A stretch of 64,000 nt of DNA from a virus. Both the position numbers and the translations under genes were made by a program. Positions 1-9,078 of the stretch are shown in pieces; position 1 is the first letter of the stretch, and every line of letters begins with the position of its first letter. The stretch is taken from positions 1 through 64,000 of the IMG/VR virus record IMGVR_UViG_3300035698_007036. The stretch is one strand, 5' to 3'. The notes beneath the pieces were generated by a model that was given only the letters and a program-made list of their open reading frames with translations, did not search any database and was not told where the DNA came from.

Positions 1-17
1 GTTCAGGAGAAGAAGAA

Positions 18-638
18 ATGAAATACAACAAGGAAATAGTCAAGTCTGACGGCCGTCGCCTAGTAGGTGGCGGTCCCAGAGATATGCAGAGACGTCAGAA
101 GATGGATTCAGCAGTTGATGAAGCTACTATGACTTCTGTGTTAAGAGGGGAGATTAATAATTTAAGGGACGAATTAAGTAACCGCACTACAAGTAGAGAC
201 GTAGTAGAATTTACTGCTGAACAAGTAGATGAGGAAATAAATAAGGCAGTTAAGTTAGTCATAAGGGAGTTAAACGGTAAACATACGATTGTTGTCAAAG
301 AATTAGAATCCAAAATTACAAGCTTCAAAGAACGTCTTGATAGCAAGGATATGATAATTAGAGAACTGAAGGATACTCTAGCCTCAGGAGGTCAAAGAGC
401 AGTCGCTCCTGTGGAGGACGAAGTAGGAAGTCCAGACCGTCCTCAGATGGAGACAGTATTTATAGATCCATTAGAGACCGGGGCAGGGTCTGGCCTTGTA
501 TCCCACATAACTGTTGAGGATGTCTCAATAGAAGAAAAGGAAAAGATGGATGATAAGGTCGCCAAGCTGCGAAACATTTTAGGTAAATTACCTGTTAATA
601 ACAAACCTAAAATAAGATACAATATAGAGGAGGAATAG
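18..638 (+). CDS. Coiled-coil protein immediately upstream of the actin-like ATPase (possible adaptor)
   Basis: 206-aa ORF, AGGAG SD at 5-9, heptad-rich middle (ELESKITSFKERLDSKDMIIRELKDTL), stop 4 nt before the actin gene. Confidence 0.55.
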   Translation: MKYNKEIVKSDGRRLVGGGPRDMQRRQKMDSAVDEATMTSVLRGEINNLRDELSNRTTSRDVVEFTAEQVDEEINKAVKLVIRELNGKHTIVVKELESKITSFKERLDSKDMIIRELKDTLASGGQRAVAPVEDEVGSPDRPQMETVFIDPLETGAGSGLVSHITVEDVSIEEKEKMDDKVAKLRNILGKLPVNNKPKIRYNIEEE

Positions 639-642
639 AATT

Positions 643-1638
643 ATGAATTATGGCCTGGATGTTGGAACAAATATGATCGTAGCCGCCACGGTTGACCCAG
701 AGGGCAAGCCTCTAGTAAGGATGCAGAGGGACGCCTTCTATAGAATTGTTCCTAAGTCAGAAGTTAATAGAAATGGGATTAGAATGTCCCTTGAAAGGAG
801 AGGGGCCAATTTTATTGAAGACGGTGCCGACTTTATTATAGTTGGTGAGGATGCTCTTGAGATGGCCATAGAAAGAAATGATATTGCCAAGAGACCACTG
901 AAAAAAGGTGTCATTAGTCCAAGAGAAAAAGACTCCCTCCCAATGCTGAAACTTATTATTGAGAGTCTAGTAGGGAAGGGAAATGGTGACGATCAGTTAG
1001 TTTACTCCGTACCAGCCCGCCCAATAGACTCTGATTTTGATATAGTTTACCACAAGGAGATGCTTGAGTACTACATAGGGCAGATGGGCTATAAGGCCTT
1101 TGCCCTAAACGAGGCCTATGCTATAGGCCTTTCCGAGTTATTAGACGAGGGTCTGACAGGTATATGCCTCTCTTACGGTGCCGGTATGACGAATATAGCT
1201 GTCATTATTGATGGAGCCAGTCTTTTGGAATTTAGCGTTACTAGAGCCGGTGACTTCATTGACGAGTCTGTAGGTAAAGCCCTCGATATTTCCCCAAGTC
1301 TTGTACAGATGGAGAAAGAGGCAGGTGTGGACTTGTTGAAGCCTCAAGATAAGATTATGGAGGCTGTCGGTATTTATTATAATTCAGTTATAAACTATAC
1401 ACTACAGAATATAGCTTACGAGCTTAAGAGACAAAAGGACAAAGGTAAACTACCTATGTTCAGAAATCCAGTTCCTGTTATAGTTTCTGGTGGCCTGACA
1501 CAGGCCAATGGATTTGAGCAGAGGGTGGAGCAGATAATAAATGGCATGGATTTTCCTCTCAAAGTTGGTAAAATAGTGAGAGCTAAAGATCCAATGAGGG
1601 CAGTTGCACAGGGATGTTACCTGGCTACTACTCTTTAG
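643..1638 (+). CDS. Actin-fold ATPase (MreB/MamK/ParM-like)
   Basis: Phosphate-1 GLDVGTNMI, connect-1 LNEAYAIG, phosphate-2 LSYGAGMTNI, AGDFID..EKE, adenosine VIVSGGLT, connect-2 AVAQG; 331 aa. Confidence 0.85.
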   Translation: MNYGLDVGTNMIVAATVDPEGKPLVRMQRDAFYRIVPKSEVNRNGIRMSLERRGANFIEDGADFIIVGEDALEMAIERNDIAKRPLKKGVISPREKDSLPMLKLIIESLVGKGNGDDQLVYSVPARPIDSDFDIVYHKEMLEYYIGQMGYKAFALNEAYAIGLSELLDEGLTGICLSYGAGMTNIAVIIDGASLLEFSVTRAGDFIDESVGKALDISPSLVQMEKEAGVDLLKPQDKIMEAVGIYYNSVINYTLQNIAYELKRQKDKGKLPMFRNPVPVIVSGGLTQANGFEQRVEQIINGMDFPLKVGKIVRAKDPMRAVAQGCYLATTL

Positions 1639-1647
1639 GAGAACAAT

Positions 1648-2133
1648 ATGATAAATCTAAAAGCAAAAATCCCTGGAGCACCTAGCTTCAGATATCGGGA
1701 GTTTATTAAATCTGACACAGCCTTAAGGAAAGGGATAGATAATACTCCTACTAACGCACAATGGGGATCTATTGAGCGTTTAGCAGTTAATGTTCTACAA
1801 CCAGTCAGAGACAGATTTGGCAGTTTGAGAATAACCTCTGGTTTTAGGAGTATTGAGTTATGTGAGGAGATAGGAAGTAGTAAATCTTCTAATCACGCTA
1901 GAGGGGAAGCTTCTGATGTAGAGCCTGTTGATGTACACACTAAAATGATCGATATTGTAGAGTATATATACAGGGAGCTAGACTTCAGAACGTTGATAAT
2001 GGAGTATTTTCCAGACGGTTGGATACATGTGGATTACAGGATAGGCGGAAATGTTAAAAGATTGAAGTTAAAGGATTCCAACCACAATTACACCGATGTA
2101 ACGCTAGAAGAAGCCCTGTCTATTTACGGGTAG
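1648..2133 (+). CDS. Peptidase M15-family Zn peptidase, probable endolysin
   Basis: ITSGFRS, SNHARGEASD (SxHxxGxAxD) and WIHV Zn-ligand motifs. Confidence 0.85.
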   Translation: MINLKAKIPGAPSFRYREFIKSDTALRKGIDNTPTNAQWGSIERLAVNVLQPVRDRFGSLRITSGFRSIELCEEIGSSKSSNHARGEASDVEPVDVHTKMIDIVEYIYRELDFRTLIMEYFPDGWIHVDYRIGGNVKRLKLKDSNHNYTDVTLEEALSIYG

Positions 2134-2173
2134 TGGTAAGAGTATTAAAAAATTTAAGGAGGATTTAAGAATT

Positions 2174-2398
2174 ATGAGCGAGAGACATACTGGAGTAGTA
2201 AAATGGTTTAACAATGAAAGAGGTTATGGTTTTATTTTGGATGGTAGTATTGACGAGGAAGATGCTACAGAGTACTTTGTACATTTTTCCAGCGTAAGTA
2301 TGGAAGGGTACAAGACCCTTAAAACCGGCCAGCCAGTAACCTTTGAGTTGAAAGAAACTGAAAAAGGAATTCAAGCGGTTAGTGTAGAACTAGCCTAG
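2174..2398 (+). CDS. csp: Cold-shock domain protein
   Basis: GVVKWFNNERGYGFI (RNP-1), FVHFSSV (RNP-2), GYKTL..GQ.V.F; 74 aa. Confidence 0.93.
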   Translation: MSERHTGVVKWFNNERGYGFILDGSIDEEDATEYFVHFSSVSMEGYKTLKTGQPVTFELKETEKGIQAVSVELA

Positions 2399-2487
2399 CC
2401 AAGTATTTGGTTGCCCGCCATAACAATGACCAACTGACTTTAAAAACATCAGGTTCCTAGTCAGTGAGCCGTAAAAAGGAGGAAGTT

Positions 2488-3243
2488 ATGACATACAAAG
2501 AAAAGTTTGTTACAGTTATTAAAAACAACGGAAGAATTTTAAGAGACGTAAATGGAGCGGTAAGGATCCCTTTTGGTTCAGAGTATTCTATTTATATGAA
2601 GAATCTACATTCACGAAAAGCTGTAGTCAGTGTTAGTATAGATGGTGATGATACTCTAGACGGTAATCGTATAGTATTAGGTGCTGGAGGTACTACAGAA
2701 CTTAAGGGTTTTATGAAAGACAATGCTGTAAAGAATAGATTCAGATTCATCAACAAAACTGAAGAGATTGTGGAGCACCGTGGGGATAGGATAGATGATG
2801 GGGTTGTAAGAATTGAGTTTAGATTCGAGAGAGAGCTACCGGTTGTAGTTCCTATGGTCACAAATCACATTTTTCCCTACAGTGGTCCGTCTACAGATTG
2901 GTCTTATAGGAACAATAACTCTTCAGGATGTATTTCTGCCAGTGGTGCTACTTACGGGGCTTCTAATTGTTTTTTCTCTCAAACTAAAAGCTGTGCTCCT
3001 AAGCCTGACGAGGGAATTACAGTAGCAGGATCCCTCACTAACCAACAATTTTATTATACTAGTGTGGGCGACCTTGAGCCAGTATCAGGGGTTATAGTGC
3101 TAAGATTAAAAGGATCTACCACACGTGGAAAAAAGGTTATGAGACCTATAACCACTAAAACGAAGATTACTTGTCCTACTTGCGGGAGAAGTTGGAAGTC
3201 CGCAATGAAGTATTGTGGCAACTGTTCAACCTACATAGGGTAA
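2488..3243 (+). CDS. Hypothetical protein with C-terminal zinc ribbon
   Basis: ATG 2488 follows AGGAGG (ORF track starts at 2464); C-terminal CPTC..CGNC. Confidence 0.6.
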   Translation: MTYKEKFVTVIKNNGRILRDVNGAVRIPFGSEYSIYMKNLHSRKAVVSVSIDGDDTLDGNRIVLGAGGTTELKGFMKDNAVKNRFRFINKTEEIVEHRGDRIDDGVVRIEFRFERELPVVVPMVTNHIFPYSGPSTDWSYRNNNSSGCISASGATYGASNCFFSQTKSCAPKPDEGITVAGSLTNQQFYYTSVGDLEPVSGVIVLRLKGSTTRGKKVMRPITTKTKITCPTCGRSWKSAMKYCGNCSTYIG

Positions 3244-3283
3244 ACAACAAATGGTGGGCAGCCATTTATTAAGGGGATTTAGA

Positions 3284-3700
3284 ATGCGACTAGCAGAATT
3301 ACTTATGAGAAGAAAATATATAGAACGTAAAATAGAGCAACTACAGTCTGTTTTATGTAACCTAGTGCAGAGTGATAAGACGTCTCAAAGCGAATTAAGT
3401 CTATTAAGAACGGCGTTATACGAGTCACTGGAAAAAAGCCAGCATTATTCGATGCAGATAGACTCTGCTAACACACAGATAGAATTGTCAGTAGGAAATA
3501 CTCAAGTGACGTTAGACAAGGCTATACATATCAGAAGAACTCTTAAAAGAAAACTTGACAGTGCTAGTGATTTAATAAATAATAGTAGTGGTAATGTAGA
3601 TATACATAGCTTTCTGACTCAAAGAGACGCTTTCTATGAGGAATTTTTAATGTTAGACAAGACAATAAAAATGTTGGAATGGAGTGCCACTCTTGATTAA
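3284..3700 (+). CDS. DIP1984-like helical protein
   Basis: Starts MRLAELLMRRKYIERKIEQL and ends LDKTIKMLEWSATL, resembling the DIP1984 family termini as recalled; ATG 3284 after AAGGGGA. Confidence 0.55.
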   Translation: MRLAELLMRRKYIERKIEQLQSVLCNLVQSDKTSQSELSLLRTALYESLEKSQHYSMQIDSANTQIELSVGNTQVTLDKAIHIRRTLKRKLDSASDLINNSSGNVDIHSFLTQRDAFYEEFLMLDKTIKMLEWSATLD

Positions 3701-3941
3701 GAAACTTTGGGTAAAATGGGACGGACTAGATATAGAGTGTATGTGTGACGGTCAACGTAGGAAGTGCGTGGCTAAACCTGGAGAGGTATTAGAGTGTAAG
3801 GAGTATGTGGTTAAATTTGTGGAAGTTGGTAGAAGCGAAGGTGAGGCTGAAAAACAAGTTAAGGATTTCGGCGATGCCGTTAAGAAATTCGAACGCGACC
3901 TTCAAAAGAGAATTAAACAAATGAACAAATTCGTGAGGTGA
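3684..3941 (+). CDS. Hypothetical protein
   Basis: 85-aa ORF overlapping the previous stop, four Cys in the N-terminal half, C-terminal helix. Confidence 0.5.
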   Translation: MPLLIKKLWVKWDGLDIECMCDGQRRKCVAKPGEVLECKEYVVKFVEVGRSEGEAEKQVKDFGDAVKKFERDLQKRIKQMNKFVR

Positions 3942-3944
3942 TTC

Positions 3945-4226
3945 ATGGGCCTATTCAATAATTATTTAGATAAGTACTTGACAAAATTAAGAAAGATGCT
4001 TATATTGTATTTAGCAGGGAAGAGGCTTCCAGTTATTCTTAATTGTAAAGTATATGACGATGTCATCAAATTTAATAAAGATGTCTACGGTGATATACTT
4101 ACTTCTAATTGCAATATAGAGAAGATAGAGAAGCACATTCAAGACGAGGCCGCTGTCATGACCAGTTGTGCCAGGAAAGGTATTATGAAGAGAGGTAATG
4201 TATTTGTCTTATCACCATGGACTTAA
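3945..4226 (+). CDS. Hypothetical protein
   Basis: 93-aa ORF with GAGGT SD, fills the operon gap. Confidence 0.55.
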   Translation: MGLFNNYLDKYLTKLRKMLILYLAGKRLPVILNCKVYDDVIKFNKDVYGDILTSNCNIEKIEKHIQDEAAVMTSCARKGIMKRGNVFVLSPWT

Positions 4227-4238
4227 AGGAGAGTTAAT

Positions 4239-4883
4239 ATGATTATTGGAATTTGTGGACGTGCACAAAACGGCAAGGATACGATAGGTAAGATGTTAGC
4301 AGATGCTCTATTTGACAAAACAGGTAATAAGTATGTCTTAATGGCATACGCCACTGAACTTAAGAAGAGAGTCCAAAAGGACTTTGACTTGAGTTATGAA
4401 CAATTGTGGGGAAGCAGTAAAGAGGTTCCAGATCATAGATACCCCAAGAATAGAAATAACCATATTGCTGGTCGTAGAGATACTGACGAGATTAAGGAAA
4501 ACTACTGGACCCCACGGGAGATCTTACAAGAGTATGGGCAGTTCTTTAGAACCATAGATTATGATTTCTGGGTCAAAGCCTTGTTTAATACGATAGATGA
4601 GAAGGCTTACAAGAATGTTATACTGACCGATGTAAGACACCCCAACGAAGCCGATCCAGTGAAGAAGCGTAATGGTTGTACAATAAAAATAGAAAGAAAT
4701 GTAGAGACCTGGGTTCACAACCAAAATCATATTTCTGAAACGGCTATGAATAAATACAAAGTAGATTTTGAAGTTAAGAATTTTGGAGATTTAAGTGACC
4801 TGCGACAAACAGCAATAGCCTTGGCTGATGCTGTAGTAAGCAGTGTCAACACCACAAAGGAAATAAAAATAATTGGAGGGTAA
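4239..4883 (+). CDS. Deoxynucleoside monophosphate kinase (T4 gp1-like)
   Basis: P-loop IIGICGRAQNGKDT, TPREILQEYG, TDVRHPNE, HISE motifs. Confidence 0.88.
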   Translation: MIIGICGRAQNGKDTIGKMLADALFDKTGNKYVLMAYATELKKRVQKDFDLSYEQLWGSSKEVPDHRYPKNRNNHIAGRRDTDEIKENYWTPREILQEYGQFFRTIDYDFWVKALFNTIDEKAYKNVILTDVRHPNEADPVKKRNGCTIKIERNVETWVHNQNHISETAMNKYKVDFEVKNFGDLSDLRQTAIALADAVVSSVNTTKEIKIIGG

Positions 4884-4884
4884 A

Positions 4885-5421
4885 ATGGCTAAAATGGCTA
4901 AAATGAAAGATGTTACAGTGAGCATCGCAAAAGACAAGATTATGTATACCAATATTTCTAAGAGTGCTGATGGGTATAACTCTGCTCGTTTGGTGGCCAA
5001 GATGGGTGAAAAGGAGTATATGTCCATTTCTTACGAGTGGGAGGGCGAAGGAGTTCCTGGATTTGCTATGGATCTTATGAGCTCAATGCAGGCAGCTGAA
5101 ATTAAGTCTGGTGAGGTAGCGTCTAGTTGGGCTGAAGATTACAATGTCTGGGCTAAGAAGAAAGGCCTACCACCATGGATGAAGAAAGATGACAAAGATG
5201 GAGAAGACGAGGAAGACAATAAGGACAAGAAAGGTAAGAAGGACAAGAAGGAGAAGAAAGATAAGAAGTCCAAAGGTGCTGATGGTACAAAACCAGTTCC
5301 TGCTGACACTACTAAATCAAAATCTCCAGGAGTATGTTCTAACTGTGGTCTTGCAGATGCAGATTGTACTTGTGACGGTAAGAAACAGCTTCAGAAAACA
5401 AAAGAGAAAAAAGGGAGTTAA
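4885..5421 (+). CDS. Lys/Asp-rich hypothetical protein with C-terminal Cys cluster
   Basis: GGAGG SD at 4875-4879; KDKKGKKDKKEKKDKK tract; CSNC..CTC. Confidence 0.6.
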   Translation: MAKMAKMKDVTVSIAKDKIMYTNISKSADGYNSARLVAKMGEKEYMSISYEWEGEGVPGFAMDLMSSMQAAEIKSGEVASSWAEDYNVWAKKKGLPPWMKKDDKDGEDEEDNKDKKGKKDKKEKKDKKSKGADGTKPVPADTTKSKSPGVCSNCGLADADCTCDGKKQLQKTKEKKGS

Positions 5422-5452
5422 CAAAAAGCTAAATAGGGGGCAATTAACAATC

Positions 5453-5869
5453 ATGGAAAAGGAAAAGATAAATGCTCATTTTGTTCCAGTACGAAGGCGT
5501 CATGGTGGCTTTACAAACAACCAGCCTAAAAGTCTTGTAGGGGTTACCAGTAGGCCTATAACTTACGAGTTTGGTTTGAGGTCCGTTGACAAAGAGAAAG
5601 AATTCCTTAGTTATGTAGACAGAATTACTGATATATTTCTCGGCGTAACTTTAGACAGAATAAGAATTAGAAATACAGGGACTAGTAGATATAAGCTAAT
5701 GTGCAAGATTTCCGTGTACGGGGAGTCTGAGGCCTTGTTTAGATGGAACAAGAATATGGCGTCAATTTTAACATTTGTAAATGAAGATTACCATAGTAAT
5801 ATAGAATATCCCAGCAAAACAGTGAAGACTGATAAGCAGGGAGGTAGGGAGGAAATGAATAATGGATAA
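5453..5869 (+). CDS. Hypothetical protein (paralog of 5862-6239)
   Basis: Probable ATG 5453; the upstream part of the 5189 ORF overlaps the previous gene; shares a C-terminal motif with the next gene. Confidence 0.55.
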   Translation: MEKEKINAHFVPVRRRHGGFTNNQPKSLVGVTSRPITYEFGLRSVDKEKEFLSYVDRITDIFLGVTLDRIRIRNTGTSRYKLMCKISVYGESEALFRWNKNMASILTFVNEDYHSNIEYPSKTVKTDKQGGREEMNNG

Positions 5870-6239
5870 GGACCATATGGAAAGAGAGAGGATTGCTAGG
5901 AAGATTAACATATGTGACATGTATTACAGTACAAATACGAGTGCAGGAAATCCTTATAACGATGGGAGATGCCTATCTGGAACTTTCCGTTTAAATAGGG
6001 TTGGTATAAGCCAGGCAGAAGTTATGAGATACATATACCCTATTTCAAATGAGGTTCAGGGTGTGTGTGTAAGGCAGTGCAAATGGCTTACGCTTCGTAC
6101 TGGTAAGGGTATAGTACTCAGAATGTCTGTTGTAGGACATAGTAACGAGTTGGCCCGTTGGAAGGACAACATGGATAATATATTTATGTATTTCAATGGA
6201 GAGCATTACAGAGAGACTATAAAATTTATGGAGGCATAA
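5862..6239 (+). CDS. Hypothetical protein (paralog of 5453-5869)
   Basis: GGAGG SD; SVVGHSNELARWKDNM matches SVYGESEALFRWNKNM of the upstream gene. Confidence 0.6.
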   Translation: MDKDHMERERIARKINICDMYYSTNTSAGNPYNDGRCLSGTFRLNRVGISQAEVMRYIYPISNEVQGVCVRQCKWLTLRTGKGIVLRMSVVGHSNELARWKDNMDNIFMYFNGEHYRETIKFMEA

Positions 6240-6241
6240 TA

Positions 6242-6481
6242 ATGCCAGTATCTGAAGGTGATTATAGAGAGCCTTACTGGGTTAAGATGCGTGATCGTTA
6301 TCCCATGAGTTACGACAAAAAAGATAGATTTAACACCATTAATCCAAGACACTCAATGGCTAGATATAATGGTGACCCGGATACAGGATGGAAACAAGCG
6401 GGATACAATCCTAATCAACAATCTACCAGAGTAGAGAAAATTAATTTGACTAGTGATACTATTACGCTAAGGCCGTATTAA
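6242..6481 (+). CDS. Hypothetical protein
   Basis: 79-aa ORF with GGAGG SD. Confidence 0.55.
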   Translation: MPVSEGDYREPYWVKMRDRYPMSYDKKDRFNTINPRHSMARYNGDPDTGWKQAGYNPNQQSTRVEKINLTSDTITLRPY

Positions 6482-6496
6482 CTGAAAGGAGTTTTA

Positions 6497-7081
6497 ATGG
6501 TAGACGCAAAGGTAAAGGAAGCAACGTTTAAGGAAGAATTGGCTTTAATTTTTGATGAAAGTATAAAAGAATTCACGAGGCTGTGTGTTATATCGGCTCC
6601 TGATTACTTCTTCACTGATTGTCCAGCCTCGTCAACAGGTAAATACCACCCATTAGATGAGTTAAGTTGGGACGGTACTATTATCCACACCAAGAAGGTA
6701 GTGACAACTGCTTATGAGATGTGTCGTGGATTAAACTGTGAGAACAATAGAGATGAGATTCTGGCAGCATGTATTATTCATGATCTAAGAAAGAAAGGTG
6801 AGACTAATAGTACTGGACATACACTTAAGAACCATCCTGATTTAGGTGCCAAGTTAGTTGATCAGGTTCAATCCGAAACTGGGATACTTACTGATGGGTC
6901 TTACCAGGTTATAAGAACCAGTGTAGGATACCACTATGGGCCCTGGAGTACTGACCCTTGGAAAAAGGATGTCAGTACTTATACACCGGAGGAACTTTGT
7001 GTATATCTGTCTGATTATATAGCCAGTAAAAGATGCGTAGCTGTTAACTACAGAAGGGGGAATGGTGACCATGGACTTTAA
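6497..7081 (+). CDS. HD-domain phosphohydrolase
   Basis: PASSTGKYHP, IIHTKKV, IIHDLRK (HD), HP, YHYGPW, LSDYIAS. Confidence 0.85.
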   Translation: MVDAKVKEATFKEELALIFDESIKEFTRLCVISAPDYFFTDCPASSTGKYHPLDELSWDGTIIHTKKVVTTAYEMCRGLNCENNRDEILAACIIHDLRKKGETNSTGHTLKNHPDLGAKLVDQVQSETGILTDGSYQVIRTSVGYHYGPWSTDPWKKDVSTYTPEELCVYLSDYIASKRCVAVNYRRGNGDHGL

Positions 7082-7364
7082 AGTAGATGGCGACATAGGA
7101 GAGCTCAAGCCAGGAGCTACACCAAGAAGATGGGAACCTGAAGGAGGGGTGAACAAGCATAATGAAAGAATACATAGAGAAAGCAAAGTGATAGACAATA
7201 AAAATTTGCCTTTTACTTTCTCTAAACCAAGGAAGCCTGGGCGTCAGACAGTTTTGGCTTGTGTGGAGTGTGGACATAAAATTAGTGGTTCAATATACAC
7301 AGTAGGCCTAGTTTGCCCTGAATGTAATAAATTCGTTAGGGTTAAGGAGGTAGTTTATGCTTAG
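7062..7364 (+). CDS. Zinc-ribbon protein
   Basis: CVEC..CPEC near the C-terminus. Confidence 0.6.
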   Translation: MVTMDFKVDGDIGELKPGATPRRWEPEGGVNKHNERIHRESKVIDNKNLPFTFSKPRKPGRQTVLACVECGHKISGSIYTVGLVCPECNKFVRVKEVVYA

Positions 7365-7791
7365 ACGAAAATCCCCTTATGGGAGAAGAGGACGACCTCT
7401 AGGATACAAATTAACAGAAGAAAGTAAAAAGGCTATAAGTGAAGCAAAAAGGGGACAGAGGCATAGAGAAGAAACAAAAGATAAGATATCAAGGTCATTG
7501 ATAGTTCATTTTAGAAAGCAGAACCCTCTTTCAGAGGAAATAATAACAAGGTATTGTAGAATAAGTGATGATAGAACATGCGGATGGATAAATGATGTAC
7601 GTGAGGAGCTAGACGCATGTGAGGATATAATGACCCAGAGGTCTATGAGAAATTCTAGAAGAATAGAATTAACTTGTGGGGATTATATAGAGTATTTTAG
7701 TCATGAGATGACTCCAGAAATAATAACCTTGTTTGTTGAGCATTGTAAAAATAATGACTTAAATCCAGAAGAATACTTCGACAGTATGTAG
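7357..7791 (+). CDS. NUMOD3-motif DNA-binding protein
   Basis: RRGRP followed by two NUMOD3-like units (LTEESKKAISEAKRG; HREETKDKISRSL); no nuclease motif seen. Confidence 0.65.
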   Translation: MLRRKSPYGRRGRPLGYKLTEESKKAISEAKRGQRHREETKDKISRSLIVHFRKQNPLSEEIITRYCRISDDRTCGWINDVREELDACEDIMTQRSMRNSRRIELTCGDYIEYFSHEMTPEIITLFVEHCKNNDLNPEEYFDSM

Positions 7792-7799
7792 GAGACAAA

Positions 7800-8324
7800 A
7801 TGGCAGGAAGACCAAAGAATCCACCAAAACCTAAGAAAATGTTAAAAGAAATTATGCCTGTCAATCTCATCTTTGATCCAGAAGAGCTTGAGTTGTATAA
7901 CAATCTGGTGGATGTATATCTAAACGATTTCGACGAGAATGATTTAACGTCTGCTGATATGGATGATGTAATGGGGTTAGCTATCAATAAAGTATTAGAA
8001 ATGAGATTACTTAAGGATAGCAAAGGAGATTCGGCGAAACACATAGATGTTTCTAACGCCATGGAGAAGCTCAGAAAACAGTCAGAAAAGATGAAGGAAA
8101 ATTTATCTTCGAGACGTAGGGATAGAATAGATCCAAATAAGTATAAAGGTTTCTCTATAGTAAATCTGGCTGTAGCCTTTGATAATGAGCGTAAGAGAAA
8201 ACTAATGGACAAGCGTAATGACTTAAAAGTTAAGGAGCATGAGTCTTTAGAACAAAGAAAAGGTTATGTAGGAAATAAATACGATTCAGATGTAAAGGAT
8301 AGGGAGGAAGTAGAATATGATTAA
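7800..8324 (+). CDS. Putative terminase small subunit
   Basis: N-terminal MAGRPKNPPKP typical of TerS, helical body, position directly upstream of TerL genes. Confidence 0.55.
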   Translation: MAGRPKNPPKPKKMLKEIMPVNLIFDPEELELYNNLVDVYLNDFDENDLTSADMDDVMGLAINKVLEMRLLKDSKGDSAKHIDVSNAMEKLRKQSEKMKENLSSRRRDRIDPNKYKGFSIVNLAVAFDNERKRKLMDKRNDLKVKEHESLEQRKGYVGNKYDSDVKDREEVEYD

Positions 8325-9054
8325 CAGTAATTTAGAAAATCCAATATTGATACTCAACAGTTTCATTGGTACACAGCTGTCTCCTGTACAGACTGCTGCC
8401 TTTAATGCTATGTGGTACAATCAGCACAGTATAGAGTTTGGGTGTAGGGCCTCCGGAAAAACTTTTCTGTTGGCAGCGATGGCCATACTTTTACCTATAA
8501 TTTTTCCTAAAACAGATATAGCATCTTCAGTAGTGATATGTCCCACTTTTAGACAGTCTAAAATGGTATTTAAAGAAATACAAAAATTTTATAATAGGTC
8601 GGAATATTTTAGATCTTGCGTTATAGAGGAGCCTTTTAAAGATCAATTCGGTTGGTCTGTGAGGTTCAAAACCGGGGATAAAATAACTGGTTTAGCTGAC
8701 CTAAGTTTAAACGAAGAGACATTAGCACACCGCACCGTTTTAATAGATGAGGGTTCCAGTGTACCAAAAGAACGGATTTATAAAGTATTGGGGTTTGACG
8801 AGTCCGTCAAAACCATAAAGCCTATAGCACCTAAGACGGTAATAATGTCTACTGGAACACATACCAACAGCCATATGTATAAGTTAAGTAGCACCTTTAA
8901 TAGTTTTAGTTGGCCTGGAGGTTATTCTGTACATAGAACACCTGTATGTGACGCACCTATGGGTTGGTATGAGCTTGAAAATTTGAAGAATGTAGCAAAC
9001 CTTATTTCTAAAGAAGAATACGCAATGGAGTATGATGCTATGTTCGTTATATAA
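8317..9054 (+). CDS. Terminase-large-subunit-like ATPase lacking the nuclease domain
   Basis: Q motif (SPVQ), Walker A GCRASGKT, PTFRQSKMVF, Walker B LIDEG, ends at EYAMEYDAMF. Confidence 0.75.
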   Translation: MINSNLENPILILNSFIGTQLSPVQTAAFNAMWYNQHSIEFGCRASGKTFLLAAMAILLPIIFPKTDIASSVVICPTFRQSKMVFKEIQKFYNRSEYFRSCVIEEPFKDQFGWSVRFKTGDKITGLADLSLNEETLAHRTVLIDEGSSVPKERIYKVLGFDESVKTIKPIAPKTVIMSTGTHTNSHMYKLSSTFNSFSWPGGYSVHRTPVCDAPMGWYELENLKNVANLISKEEYAMEYDAMFVI

Positions 9055-9078
9055 AAATTAAGGGGGACCAATAAATCT

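Noticed and set aside
5189-5452. Arg-rich N-terminal extension of the 226-aa ORF
   Set aside because: It is the alternate-frame reading of the Lys/Asp tract of the 4885-5421 gene; ATG 5453 is the more plausible start
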